This document shows positions 1 to 9,003 of a DNA stretch of 63,751 bases, one piece after another. The stretch lies in contig JAAZNV010000012.1 in assembly GCA_012798115.1 (NCBI GenBank), forward strand, positions 1 through 63,751, given 5' to 3'. The notes beneath the pieces were generated by a model. The model worked only from the letters and a program-made list of their open reading frames with translations. It was not told where the DNA came from and did no database searches. This DNA comes from a candidate division WWE3 bacterium. GTDB taxonomy: Bacteria; Patescibacteriota; WWE3; UBA101185; UBA10185. The position numbers and the translations under genes were made by a program. Positions within the stretch are counted from its first letter, which is position 1. The number at the start of each line of letters is the position of its first letter.

Positions 1-344
1 CATTTCTTTGATCCAGCAGTGCACTCATTTACCTCGTTTCCACAAAAACTTCCATAAGGTGTTCTAACACAAACATATGGAGAACAACATGTTTTACCAC
101 TGCAATTACCACCCTTTGCTACACAAGAAGGAGTAGAAGGTTTTGGTTTTGGTTTCGGAACCTTGGGCTTAGGGATGGTTGCACCTCCCCCGCCAGTACC
201 ACCAGGGACCATTGAAATCCTCGACCCTAAAACATCATTACTAATATTAGTCTTAAGAAGACTGGAGGTAAAAACAAGAGACAGAAAAACCAATGATGCT
301 TTTATCAAATTCAATATTCCAATGTAGCCGTTTTTCTTACTCAT
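1..344 (-). CDS. Secreted Cys-rich protein, N-terminal part (runs off the window)
   Basis: Manual translation from ATG at 344: MSKKNGYIGILNLIKASLVFLSLVFTSSLL (signal/TM), Gly- and Pro/Lys-rich linker, then CVAKGGNCSGKTCCSPYVCVRTPYGSFC; open to the window edge. Confidence 0.75.
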   Translation of the reverse strand, partial: MSKKNGYIGILNLIKASLVFLSLVFTSSLLKTNISNDVLGSRISMVPGGTGGGGATIPKPKVPKPKPKPSTPSCVAKGGNCSGKTCCSPYVCVRTPYGSFCGNEVNECTAGSKK

Positions 345-430
345 TTTATCTGCACTTTCAATTCTAAATGAATTGCCTCAACACATCAATATGAATTTAG
401 TAGGTTAAAAAATTAAAAGAGAGTATGTTC

Positions 431-1195
431 TTACCTCAAATCATCTTCCTCTAGCATCGTAGCAACATATTCTTTGGAGGTTTTTTCACTATTTTCTGTA
501 GTTTTTCCCCTCTTTTCAACCTTTGCAAAACTTTTCTTAACAGGAGGTTTTGTTTTTAAGTCTAGCTTTTTTTCCTTTTTTTCAACTTCCTTTGTAGCCT
601 TATGAAAAGAATCTTTTTCTTTATCGTGACTTCCTTCTTTAAATTTCTGTGAACTTGTATTTTCCTTATAAACCCTATCCAAAGCTGCAAAAGGAACATT
701 TGAGTTATTAGCTGGAATAAAAGCAGATACTTTATCGTTTAATTCAGCTTGATTAAACTCTGCAGCAACATCCAACACCTTGAATGAACCAGAATCCGAA
801 AGGATATGCCATTTACCTTCCTTTTTAGTCAAAATACCCTCAATTTTCTTTCTTTCCACTTTGTCAATTTGCTTAAACACCTGCTTTCCATTGTCAGCAA
901 ATACCTTTAGCACGTCTCCACATACAAGCCTTGACTTAGCTGCATAATTTCCAGGAACTTCTGTCCTTCTCCCATCAGAGGCTACTAAGTACTGACCATC
1001 AAACACTCCTTCTGTGCCAGGAACACTTTGGTAATAAGCTTTCTTTTCTTCATGTTCCATCATTTCAATAACATTAGAAACATGCTCTAGTTGATATTGA
1101 GCAGATTTTAAAAGCCTTTTGATACTATCAAACTTTTTAGCATAAGGTGGCTGCAACTTTGATTCTTCGCTTTCTTGGTTTTTTTCCTCTTTCAT
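431..1195 (-). CDS. Conserved hypothetical protein (coiled-coil N-terminus, beta-rich core, Lys/Glu-rich tail)
   Basis: 254 aa ORF starting 2 nt after the upstream ATPase stop; resembles a CPR-widespread family (VPxNYAxKSxLVxGD motif). Confidence 0.65.
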   Translation of the reverse strand: MKEEKNQESEESKLQPPYAKKFDSIKRLLKSAQYQLEHVSNVIEMMEHEEKKAYYQSVPGTEGVFDGQYLVASDGRRTEVPGNYAAKSRLVCGDVLKVFADNGKQVFKQIDKVERKKIEGILTKKEGKWHILSDSGSFKVLDVAAEFNQAELNDKVSAFIPANNSNVPFAALDRVYKENTSSQKFKEGSHDKEKDSFHKATKEVEKKEKKLDLKTKPPVKKSFAKVEKRGKTTENSEKTSKEYVATMLEEDDLR

Positions 1196-1197
1196 TT

Positions 1198-3747
1198 TTA
1201 GTTCTCCTTTTTGGTACTCTCTAAATTATTTACTTCTATCTTCCCATTATTTGATGGGGAAGATCCATTTCCATATTCTTGAGCAATGGCCATACCTTTG
1301 TCAAACCTAGTAGTCAGCCATTTATTTACCTTTTCTTCAACCTTTTCCTTTGGGACACCATACTTTTCTCTGCTTCTTGCTAGAACTTTTTCCTTATTGT
1401 TTGTTCTAGAAACAGGGAAACCATCTTCCCATGGAAGAAGAATCTTTGCAGAAAAAGGATGTGACGTCATTCCATCAATCATAAGTTTTGTATAAATTTG
1501 GAATCTTTCAAGAGATATTATGTCTTCTTCCGTGAAATAAGGAGCAAACTCTTTAGCTAAATCTTTAGCATCAGGAGCCCCAAGAGAAAAAGTCATAATG
1601 GTTCCAACATTACCAAATACAGCCTTCAATAAATCCTCAGGAAGTTGTCCTGTAAATTGGTGCGTTAGATAAAGACCCAACTTATACTTTCTTGACTCAG
1701 ATAATATTTCCTCAAAGCTCCCTGTAGCAAAATTTTGGAATTCATCTACATAAAGATAAAAAGGTCTCCTTTGCTCTGTGGGTATTTTTGCTCTCTGAAG
1801 TGCATAGAATTGAATTCTAGACACCAAAAGAGCACCAAGCAAATCTGCATTATCACTTCCAATTTTACCTTTTGCAAGATTCATAAAAATGATCTTTCCA
1901 GAGTTCATTGCATCCCAAATGTCGATTGTAGAATTTCTCTGTCCAAGTATATTTCTAATAGTTGTAGAAGCTAAAAACCTGTTTACTTTGTTTTGAATTG
2001 GAGATATAGCCTCAGTTACTAATTTTTGGTTACCCTTCATTTGTTTAAATTCTTCTTCCCAGAATCTAATAACAACAGGATCTTTCACAAAATGAAGAAT
2101 ATATTTCCTATAATTATCATCCTCGAGAAGTCTAGTAATCCCTAGCATAGTGGTTCCTGGAACTTCAAGGAGAGTTAAGACGGCATAATTAAGTAAATAC
2201 TCAAGTCTTGGCCCCCAAGAAAAATCGAAGTGTTCTTTAATAGCAGAAACAAGGCCAGAGGCCATTAAGTTTTTCTGAGAAGGATCATCAATTTCAAGTA
2301 AATTTAAGCCAATAGGTCTTTCTGTATCTGAAGGATCAAAGTAAATTACATCTTCAACCCTGTTATCAGGAATTCTTTCTAAAACCTTTTCAATTGTTTC
2401 TCCATGAGGGTCAAGAATAGCAACGCCAGCACCATTTGCAATATCTTGAGACAACATAGAAACAAATAAAGAAGACTTCCCTGTTCCTGACTTCCCTATC
2501 ACATACAAATGTCTGAGTCTATCATCATCGTTTTTTATTCCAAATTTTACTGTCTTATTTCTATATAACGTTTCACCTATATAAACACAATCTTGAATAG
2601 GAAGATTAACTGGGGGCTCAGACTTTCTAGAGTAAGTCCAAGATATGTTAGGGGTGTCTATATGAGCAAGCGGAAAATGAAAGAATGTTGCAAGCTCTTC
2701 TGTGTTTAAAATAATAGATCTATCTGAATTAAACTCTCTTTTCTTGTAATCACTAAGCACCTTTTCCTTGTTGTCCTCATCTTTTTCTACAAAACTATTT
2801 ATACTTGTTCCAGAAAACTGAACAAAAGAAGCAACAATACTTCTCAGGTTTGCATTTACCCTCTCTTCAAGTGATGCTGCAGATACAACTCTAATTACTG
2901 TTTCAAACCCCATTCTAGATAATTTGTTTTCAATAGCTCTAAGTTCCGTTTCTTTCGCTGCACTTATCTTCACAATAGGCGTAGATATCTTTCCAGCATA
3001 TTGCTCTTGTTTACTAGCACTGCTAAAAAGACCTGTGAAAACACCAGATATTATTCCAACTGCTTCCTTCTTAAATGTATCTGCAAGAACATTGAGTAGG
3101 GTATTACTCTTTGTAGGATCATTACCTTCTCTAACCTTATTCACAAAATCAAAACCTTCTTGTTGCCACCTGTCAGGAATAGGTCTAACAAGAACCTGAA
3201 GCCAAACTTCTTCTCCTTTTACAAGATTTGAAACTGCAGACGTAATAGAAGACATTGGGTCTATTTCAAAATCCCTAAAACTTTTTATTGGGTAAAAATT
3301 ATCTTTAGAAAAAGCTAATGAGGCTACTTTATAAGTTGTATGACTTGGGTTTATAGCATCAGTATAGTCAGATACCAAACTAACATTAGCAGATGGATAT
3401 TGAGCATAAATTTGACTTTCAACAAACTTAACAATAGAAGAAGGAACTGCAACGTAAAACCTAATACCTCTATCTCCAGATGAGGCCATCTCAAAAGATA
3501 TATGCTCCTGTAGTTCTGGTTCGCTTTTTAAAAGACCATGTAACGCTGAAAACAAATTTTCAGCACTTAATGCAGACGCAGAAATATCCTTTGAAACTTC
3601 CTCATTCTTACTAAGCTGTATTTCTATTATCTCAACACTATCAGACGTAACTTTCTTGGACCCTTTGGATTTTTTTAACCGAATAACTACACCAATAACA
3701 ATCAAACCAACTGCCAGTAAGAGTATAAAAATTTGATTTAAGACCAT
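1198..3747 (-). CDS. TraD/VirD4/HerA-like (DUF87) membrane-anchored ATPase, T4SS coupling-protein-like
   Basis: N-terminal TM, Walker A GKSGTGKS, DPHG motif, Walker B LYVDEFQNF, ESRKY...HQ motif. Confidence 0.85.
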   Translation of the reverse strand: MVLNQIFILLLAVGLIVIGVVIRLKKSKGSKKVTSDSVEIIEIQLSKNEEVSKDISASALSAENLFSALHGLLKSEPELQEHISFEMASSGDRGIRFYVAVPSSIVKFVESQIYAQYPSANVSLVSDYTDAINPSHTTYKVASLAFSKDNFYPIKSFRDFEIDPMSSITSAVSNLVKGEEVWLQVLVRPIPDRWQQEGFDFVNKVREGNDPTKSNTLLNVLADTFKKEAVGIISGVFTGLFSSASKQEQYAGKISTPIVKISAAKETELRAIENKLSRMGFETVIRVVSAASLEERVNANLRSIVASFVQFSGTSINSFVEKDEDNKEKVLSDYKKREFNSDRSIILNTEELATFFHFPLAHIDTPNISWTYSRKSEPPVNLPIQDCVYIGETLYRNKTVKFGIKNDDDRLRHLYVIGKSGTGKSSLFVSMLSQDIANGAGVAILDPHGETIEKVLERIPDNRVEDVIYFDPSDTERPIGLNLLEIDDPSQKNLMASGLVSAIKEHFDFSWGPRLEYLLNYAVLTLLEVPGTTMLGITRLLEDDNYRKYILHFVKDPVVIRFWEEEFKQMKGNQKLVTEAISPIQNKVNRFLASTTIRNILGQRNSTIDIWDAMNSGKIIFMNLAKGKIGSDNADLLGALLVSRIQFYALQRAKIPTEQRRPFYLYVDEFQNFATGSFEEILSESRKYKLGLYLTHQFTGQLPEDLLKAVFGNVGTIMTFSLGAPDAKDLAKEFAPYFTEEDIISLERFQIYTKLMIDGMTSHPFSAKILLPWEDGFPVSRTNNKEKVLARSREKYGVPKEKVEEKVNKWLTTRFDKGMAIAQEYGNGSSPSNNGKIEVNNLESTKKEN

Positions 3748-3842
3748 ATTAAACTTCCCTCCTTAATTTTAGTACCTTCTTTAAGTCTCTCATTTAAATT
3801 GTATTTATTCCCTTTACTTAAAGTAAAAACACAATTAAATTA

Positions 3843-3868
3843 CCCCCGCCCTAATTTGGGACGGGGGA
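3843..3868 (-). terminator. GC-rich hairpin, probable terminator downstream of the LCP gene
   Basis: CCCCCGCCC-TAATTT-GGGACGGGGG inverted repeat. Confidence 0.5.
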
Positions 3869-3896
3869 TAGAAAGGAGAGAGTACTAGGATATATT

Positions 3897-4961
3897 TTAG
3901 TATAAATCACCTGCAGTGTCAAATCCAAATATAACTACTACATCCGACCTATCAACTTCATTTTCAAGATAACTAGAAGCTTTATCTTTATGAATTATGT
4001 CAGGGATCATAAATACTCTTGATAAAAACAATGCCGTCCTGGAGTCTATATCATCTGCAATAATTACACTCTTTTCGTAAAAGCTTTCTGTGTTAGTAAC
4101 AGCAACTACTCTGCCTCCTATATTTGATACCACTCGCGAACCAAAAGACGCCAACCCGTTGTAGTTAGTCCCATTTAAAATAGCAATATTTTTCTTCTCA
4201 TTCGAAATAGCAGAGTCGTACGTAATCTCTCTCACTTGATCATCAAAATCTTGGGTGTTTAAAAAGCTTTTTGGTGTAGTAGTTTCGTTTATTACCCTAT
4301 CTTGAGGAAGGGAATGTGTAAAAGATAATAAGTTATTAAACTCCTTCAAACTCATGTTAGTCTTTAATGACCCTTCTAAGCTGTATATACTTTTTAGGTT
4401 TAAAAGGCCAGCAAAACCACCTTCCCTCCAAAGCTTGTCAAAAAAACTTTCATGGGCAAAGTCAGTCAAAACAAATTTATCAACTTTAAAACCAAACAAT
4501 TTAAAGATACATCTATTTATAGCTTGAGACCCTGCTTCTAAGGGATCGTTAGAGTTCATTGCTCCTAGAGCAAACAACTTTGAGAACTCATCTCTACCAT
4601 ACTTCCCTGGTATTTCGTAGTCAGTGTTCACAGGAACATTGTAAATAGAAACTTTGTTGTTAACCTTATCAAATAGTATGAAATTTACTTTTTTAACAAC
4701 AACTGGACTAGCATTTAAATCTTCAACCACAATGTAGGAAAGTGTGGGAATTGTATCATCAAGTATAGAATAACTTGAGGTTGATAAAGCAGATGCAAAA
4801 TTCTGATTAAGATACTTATGAAAGCTGTAAGAGAATAGAAAAACTAAAGACAAGGTAAAAAGTACAGAAACAACAACAACCCTGTGAGCATTCTTTCTAA
4901 CAGAACGACTTATAATTCTTTTAGATTTTTTTGGTTTCCTTCGGGCAGGCTTCCTTTTCAT
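3897..4961 (-). CDS. LCP-like protein with LytR C-terminal domain
   Basis: Basic N-terminus, single TM, C-terminal IAILNGTNYNGLAS...DVVVIFGFD LytR_C pattern. Confidence 0.75.
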   Translation of the reverse strand: MKRKPARRKPKKSKRIISRSVRKNAHRVVVVSVLFTLSLVFLFSYSFHKYLNQNFASALSTSSYSILDDTIPTLSYIVVEDLNASPVVVKKVNFILFDKVNNKVSIYNVPVNTDYEIPGKYGRDEFSKLFALGAMNSNDPLEAGSQAINRCIFKLFGFKVDKFVLTDFAHESFFDKLWREGGFAGLLNLKSIYSLEGSLKTNMSLKEFNNLLSFTHSLPQDRVINETTTPKSFLNTQDFDDQVREITYDSAISNEKKNIAILNGTNYNGLASFGSRVVSNIGGRVVAVTNTESFYEKSVIIADDIDSRTALFLSRVFMIPDIIHKDKASSYLENEVDRSDVVVIFGFDTAGDLY

Positions 4962-4982
4962 GATATTTACTAATATATCATA

Positions 4983-5690
4983 TTATAACTGGAAGTCGAC
5001 TGGCAAGGGGGCTTCAAAACGTTGAAATTTCAGTGTTTTCGGATTAGAAAACCCCAATGTTCTAGCATGTAGCATTAGCCTATTGAAAACGGTAAAGTCC
5101 ACTTTGAGTAAATTATTTGCACAATATATTTGATCACATACTACACTATGCCCAATTGCAGACAAGTGAACTCTAATCTGATGAGTTCTACCAGTTTTTG
5201 GAGCCACCTTTAAAAGAGTATACTCGTTTCCCTCTACACTTACATTCTTTATCCTATTAATTCTAGTCAAAGCGTACTTCCCTGTGGATACTACTGCATA
5301 CTTTAAGGGATTGTTTGGATTTCTTGCTAGTGGAGCATTTATTTCTATACTTTCATCGTCTATTCTACCTCTCACTAAAGCTACGTATTCCTTATATACA
5401 TTTCTTTCCTTAAACTGTTTTTGCAAAAAGTAAAAGGAATCAACGTTTTTAGCTATAACTATAACCCCAGAAGTATCTTTATCTAATCTATGAACAATAC
5501 CCGATCTATCCTTATACTCTGTATCATCTATACTTTCGATGTTAAATAGGTATTTTTCCTCTAGAATATCCTGTAAGGTTTGTTCAGTAGTTGTATTGGA
5601 CCTGTTCACCACTAAACCTGAAGGTTTATCTAAAACAATAATATTTTCATCTTCATATATCTTTCTTATTTCTTTTACTTCTTTTTCCAT
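4983..5690 (-). CDS. RluA-family pseudouridine synthase
   Basis: DKPSGL, HRLDKDTSG, TGRTHQIRVH and LHA motifs. Confidence 0.95.
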   Translation of the reverse strand: MEKEVKEIRKIYEDENIIVLDKPSGLVVNRSNTTTEQTLQDILEEKYLFNIESIDDTEYKDRSGIVHRLDKDTSGVIVIAKNVDSFYFLQKQFKERNVYKEYVALVRGRIDDESIEINAPLARNPNNPLKYAVVSTGKYALTRINRIKNVSVEGNEYTLLKVAPKTGRTHQIRVHLSAIGHSVVCDQIYCANNLLKVDFTVFNRLMLHARTLGFSNPKTLKFQRFEAPLPVDFQL

Positions 5691-5989
5691 ATTGTTATAA
5701 CAACCAAAATAATTCCGATTGTAATCATAAGATCATAATGATTAAAGAAAAAAAGACCGAAGAAATTTATGAAGTCATGTACACAACCATACTTAGACCA
5801 TTGAGAAAGATTCATCATTCCACCTATTACAATAAGTCCAAATCCAACATTACCTAAGAGTTCTCCTTTGTAATTTTTAACATAAAAAAAGGAAAATGCT
5901 AAAAGAATTAAGATAGACAAAACAACAAATTGACTAAGACTTAAATAATCAAATAAGAAGAACCTGCAATTATTAACATTTGTGAACAC
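5675..5989 (-). CDS. lspA: Divergent, N-terminally short signal peptidase II (LspA-like)
   Basis: GGMMNL...GCVHDFI...FNHYDLMITIG matches LspA GN..D/VVDF/FN.AD motifs; lspA-rluA adjacency is typical. Confidence 0.7.
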   Translation of the reverse strand: MFTNVNNCRFFLFDYLSLSQFVVLSILILLAFSFFYVKNYKGELLGNVGFGLIVIGGMMNLSQWSKYGCVHDFINFFGLFFFNHYDLMITIGIILVVITIWKKK

Positions 5990-5992
5990 GTA

Positions 5993-7045
5993 TTATTCCC
6001 CTAATTGCTTTTCAAGAATCTCATCTTCTTTCACATCTTCTTCTTGAGAAACATTTGTAGCACAATCTATGCAAGTGGTAGCTTCTGGATAAGCTTCTAA
6101 CCTTGCTCTATCTATTGGCTTACCACAAACTTCACACTTTCCATACCTTCCAAGCTTAATGGCGGCTAGTGCTTTCCTAATCTGAACTTTCATTGATTTA
6201 ACAATACCAAGTCTAGCATCAGAAACAGTTTTTCCAGTATCTTCTAAAACCTCGTCCATAACTTCTGCATTATCTACATCTCTACCATGTTGTAAGTATG
6301 GATCTTCCTTGATTAAAGCTTGTTGCTCCATCTCAAGATTCTTCTCCTTTGATACTAATTTCTTCTTTAACCCTTCAAGAAAATGTTCCGGCATAATTGA
6401 TTTATTCATAGTTTTTTTACCTCTCAAATACAAATTTAACATACTTATTGTAACCAAAAGACCACTAAAGAGTAAATACCCACTTTTCCCGGAGAATAGA
6501 AGGAGAAATAGAACAATAGAAAACAGGAACATTGAAAATATTGCCCCAGACAAAAATTTATAACCTCTATATCTCATTACAAAGAGGTAAAGAAACAACA
6601 AAAGTAAAAAAAGACTAATGTACTCTCTTTGAGGATGAACCAAAAACTTTCCAAGACTTAAAAACATTAATAGAATATTTGTTGCCATAGCGTATATATC
6701 CACTATTCTAAACACAGACCACTTCCACTTTTTGGAGAAAACCAGTATGGGTAACAAAGATACTAAAAATACAACAATACCAAGAAACATCTCTCTATCT
6801 GGTCTTAAAAGAAAATTTGAAGGGTGATATATCTCCAACCATCCCGTTAAAGATCTTAAACCATGGTAGGAAAGTAAGGACAAGATAACAGATGAAAAAA
6901 CTAAATCAAAAAACTTCTCTGAGTTAAAACCATCCTTTTTAGCTTCAAACCAAAGAATAAAGCACCAGCAAATTATGCCCATGAGAAAAATTAAAAGCAT
7001 TATACTTACTGGCTTAAATCCAATGTTTATAAATTCTGGAAGCAT
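5993..7045 (-). CDS. Lgt-like membrane domain fused to DksA/TraR C4 zinc-finger protein
   Basis: N-terminal MLPEFINIG plus multiple TMs like Lgt; C-terminal GRYGKCEVCGKPIDRARLEAYPEATTCIDC DksA zinc finger; internal ATG at 6409 preceded by GAGAGG. Confidence 0.8.
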   Translation of the reverse strand: MLPEFINIGFKPVSIMLLIFLMGIICWCFILWFEAKKDGFNSEKFFDLVFSSVILSLLSYHGLRSLTGWLEIYHPSNFLLRPDREMFLGIVVFLVSLLPILVFSKKWKWSVFRIVDIYAMATNILLMFLSLGKFLVHPQREYISLFLLLLFLYLFVMRYRGYKFLSGAIFSMFLFSIVLFLLLFSGKSGYLLFSGLLVTISMLNLYLRGKKTMNKSIMPEHFLEGLKKKLVSKEKNLEMEQQALIKEDPYLQHGRDVDNAEVMDEVLEDTGKTVSDARLGIVKSMKVQIRKALAAIKLGRYGKCEVCGKPIDRARLEAYPEATTCIDCATNVSQEEDVKEDEILEKQLGE

Positions 7046-7073
7046 ATTTATATACTTATACTACCATTACATA

Positions 7074-7628
7074 TTACGCTTTGGACACATACTCCCCAGT
7101 CCTAGTATCTACCTTTACCCTATCCCCTATCTTAATAAACATAGGCACCTTTACTTTAGTTCCATTATCAAGTTCTGCATCCTTGTAAACATTAGTAACA
7201 GTATTTCCTTTAAATCCTGGCTCTGTGTATTTTATTTCAAACACCATGGATATTGGTAAATCCACGCTATATGGCTGCCCTTCAAAGTACTTAACAATAA
7301 CATTTTCTCCTTCCTTTAAGAATTTAGCAGAATCCCCAACAACCTCCTCTGAGATTACAAACTGATCATAAGTGTTAGGACTCATAAACACATAACCATT
7401 ACTATCCTTGTATAAGTACTGAGCATTTTTGTTTTCAATATATGCATCCTCAACACTTGCACCAGATTGCCATGTTTTTTCTAAAACTTGCCCAGTTATT
7501 ATGTTTTTAGCCCTAACTTTTACTTGAGCACTGCCTCTACTTACCTTTATATGTTGGTATTTAAGAACAAGAAAAGGATGTCCCCCATCTTTAAATATCG
7601 TTCCATTTTTTAAGTCTGTAACTATCAT
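7074..7628 (-). CDS. efp: Elongation factor P
   Basis: Typical EF-P sequence (KVSRGSA loop, PGFKGNT, KVDTRTGEYVSKA). Confidence 0.97.
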   Translation of the reverse strand: MIVTDLKNGTIFKDGGHPFLVLKYQHIKVSRGSAQVKVRAKNIITGQVLEKTWQSGASVEDAYIENKNAQYLYKDSNGYVFMSPNTYDQFVISEEVVGDSAKFLKEGENVIVKYFEGQPYSVDLPISMVFEIKYTEPGFKGNTVTNVYKDAELDNGTKVKVPMFIKIGDRVKVDTRTGEYVSKA

Positions 7629-7665
7629 AATGAGTTATTCTATCACTTTTAACCTGTTTATAAAC

Positions 7666-7695
7666 AAAAAGCCGGGAAAGTTAATAATCCCGGCT
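7666..7695 (-). terminator. Intrinsic terminator
   Basis: AGCCGGGA...TCCCGGCT followed by a T-run on the minus strand. Confidence 0.7.
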
Positions 7696-7705
7696 AGTGA
7701 ATAAT

Positions 7706-8062
7706 TTAATCTTCGTCTTCCTTTCCTCCACCTATATAATCAAAACTGTCGCCCTCATAGCTATCACTTGCTTCTTCAATGATTCTTTTAATGGAAAAGA
7801 CAATTTCTAGCAACAATGCAATTGGAGGGAAAATGGATAGTAAAAAACCATAGAGATCTTGTGAATCTTTATGCTCAAACCCAAAGATAATATTAATAGC
7901 CAAATCTTCTTGAACGTAAAGCAGTAACAAACAAACGGCATAAAGTATAACCCAAAGTAATGATATTTCCTTTATGTTTACTTTGCACAAAAACAAAATA
8001 GTACCAATAAACATTATCCCAATAACACTACTAATTACTCTGCCACACAAGCCTCTTTTCAT
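7706..8062 (-). CDS. Hypothetical membrane protein (~118 aa)
   Basis: Start moved to ATG at 8062 (SD GAGGAG; promoter TTGACT-17-TAAAAT at 8119-8091) because the longer ORF call overlaps tRNA-Leu; three hydrophobic segments. Confidence 0.65.
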   Translation of the reverse strand: MKRGLCGRVISSVIGIMFIGTILFLCKVNIKEISLLWVILYAVCLLLLYVQEDLAINIIFGFEHKDSQDLYGFLLSIFPPIALLLEIVFSIKRIIEEASDSYEGDSFDYIGGGKEDED

Positions 8063-8130
8063 CTCCTCATCCTTTCCTTGTTTTGAAGAAATTTTATTAC
8101 TATAACAAGAAAAAGTCAAAATGGATTGAT

Positions 8131-8217
8131 TGGTGCCGTGGGTGGGAGTTGAACCCACACGGGCTGAAAGCCCAAAGGTTTTTGAGACCTTCGCGTATGC
8201 CATTCCGCCACCACGGC
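8131..8217 (-). tRNA. tRNA-Leu(CAA)
   Basis: GCCGTGG acceptor stem, AAGGT-CTCAAAA-ACCTT anticodon arm, long variable arm, GTTCAACTC T-loop, encoded CCA. Confidence 0.95.
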
Positions 8218-8254
8218 ACAAAGAATACAAATCATTGATATTTTAACATTAAAT

Positions 8255-8280
8255 AAAGCCGGACATAAAATTATCCGGCT
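8255..8280 (-). terminator. Intrinsic terminator overlapping the stop of the HD gene
   Basis: AGCCGGA...TCCGGCT followed by TTTATTT on the minus strand. Confidence 0.6.
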
Positions 8281-8909
8281 CCAAAAAATCTTCGTGCTCT
8301 CCTAATGTTTCTTATAGCTTGAGCTTCGTAAAGGTTACGAAAATGATTGGTTCTAAACATTCCTTCTGGTTTATTGACAAAAGCTTCTAAAATAACTAAT
8401 CTTTTCTCAACAAAGGTATCCATAGGAATGTGTTTCCACTCATCTCTAACTTTCTTCCAATTCTCCAAAAATACAAACCAATTTTTGCCTAAAAAACACA
8501 AGTCAATATCGGTTATCAATTTTCCATCAATGCCCAAGCTAGAGTCATAAGCATCATGCTTTGTTTCAAGAATTAATCTACAAGCTTTCTCTACAACATC
8601 TTTTGGCCACTTATATCTCTTAGCTTCACCTTTCACAAATTCAGCACTTTCAATTTCTGTGTCTTTTATATCATGATAGAAAATTCCAAGAGTTAGAGCC
8701 GAAACATTCTCTGCCACATAGACTACTTCTTTCAACTCCTCAAGGCAGTCTGCTATATGACCTATATCATGATATGACCTATTAGGAGAATTGTATCTTT
8801 CTACTAGGTTAGAAAACGCTTCTTTAAAGTTGCCAACAGAGCCCAACGAATTCCACAATTTACGGTAATCGTTTCTAGCAAGTTCAAAACTTTCCTCACT
8901 ACTCCTCAT
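8271..8909 (-). CDS. HD-superfamily metal-dependent phosphohydrolase
   Basis: RSYHDIGHI, FYHD, TKH and DIDL motifs; start at ATG 8909 with SD AAGGAG. Confidence 0.85.
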   Translation of the reverse strand: MRSSEESFELARNDYRKLWNSLGSVGNFKEAFSNLVERYNSPNRSYHDIGHIADCLEELKEVVYVAENVSALTLGIFYHDIKDTEIESAEFVKGEAKRYKWPKDVVEKACRLILETKHDAYDSSLGIDGKLITDIDLCFLGKNWFVFLENWKKVRDEWKHIPMDTFVEKRLVILEAFVNKPEGMFRTNHFRNLYEAQAIRNIRRARRFFGAG

Positions 8910-9003
8910 ATATCTCCTTTTCTTTTCATTTTCAGGGAATGCTATCACATTAATCTAATACACTCAAATATGGTATTGTTTAGATTCTAATAACTAATAA
9001 AAC

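Noticed and set aside
8063..8230. N-terminal extension of ORF 7706..8230
   Set aside because: It is a translation of tRNA-Leu and the promoter; the real start is ATG 8062 with an SD.
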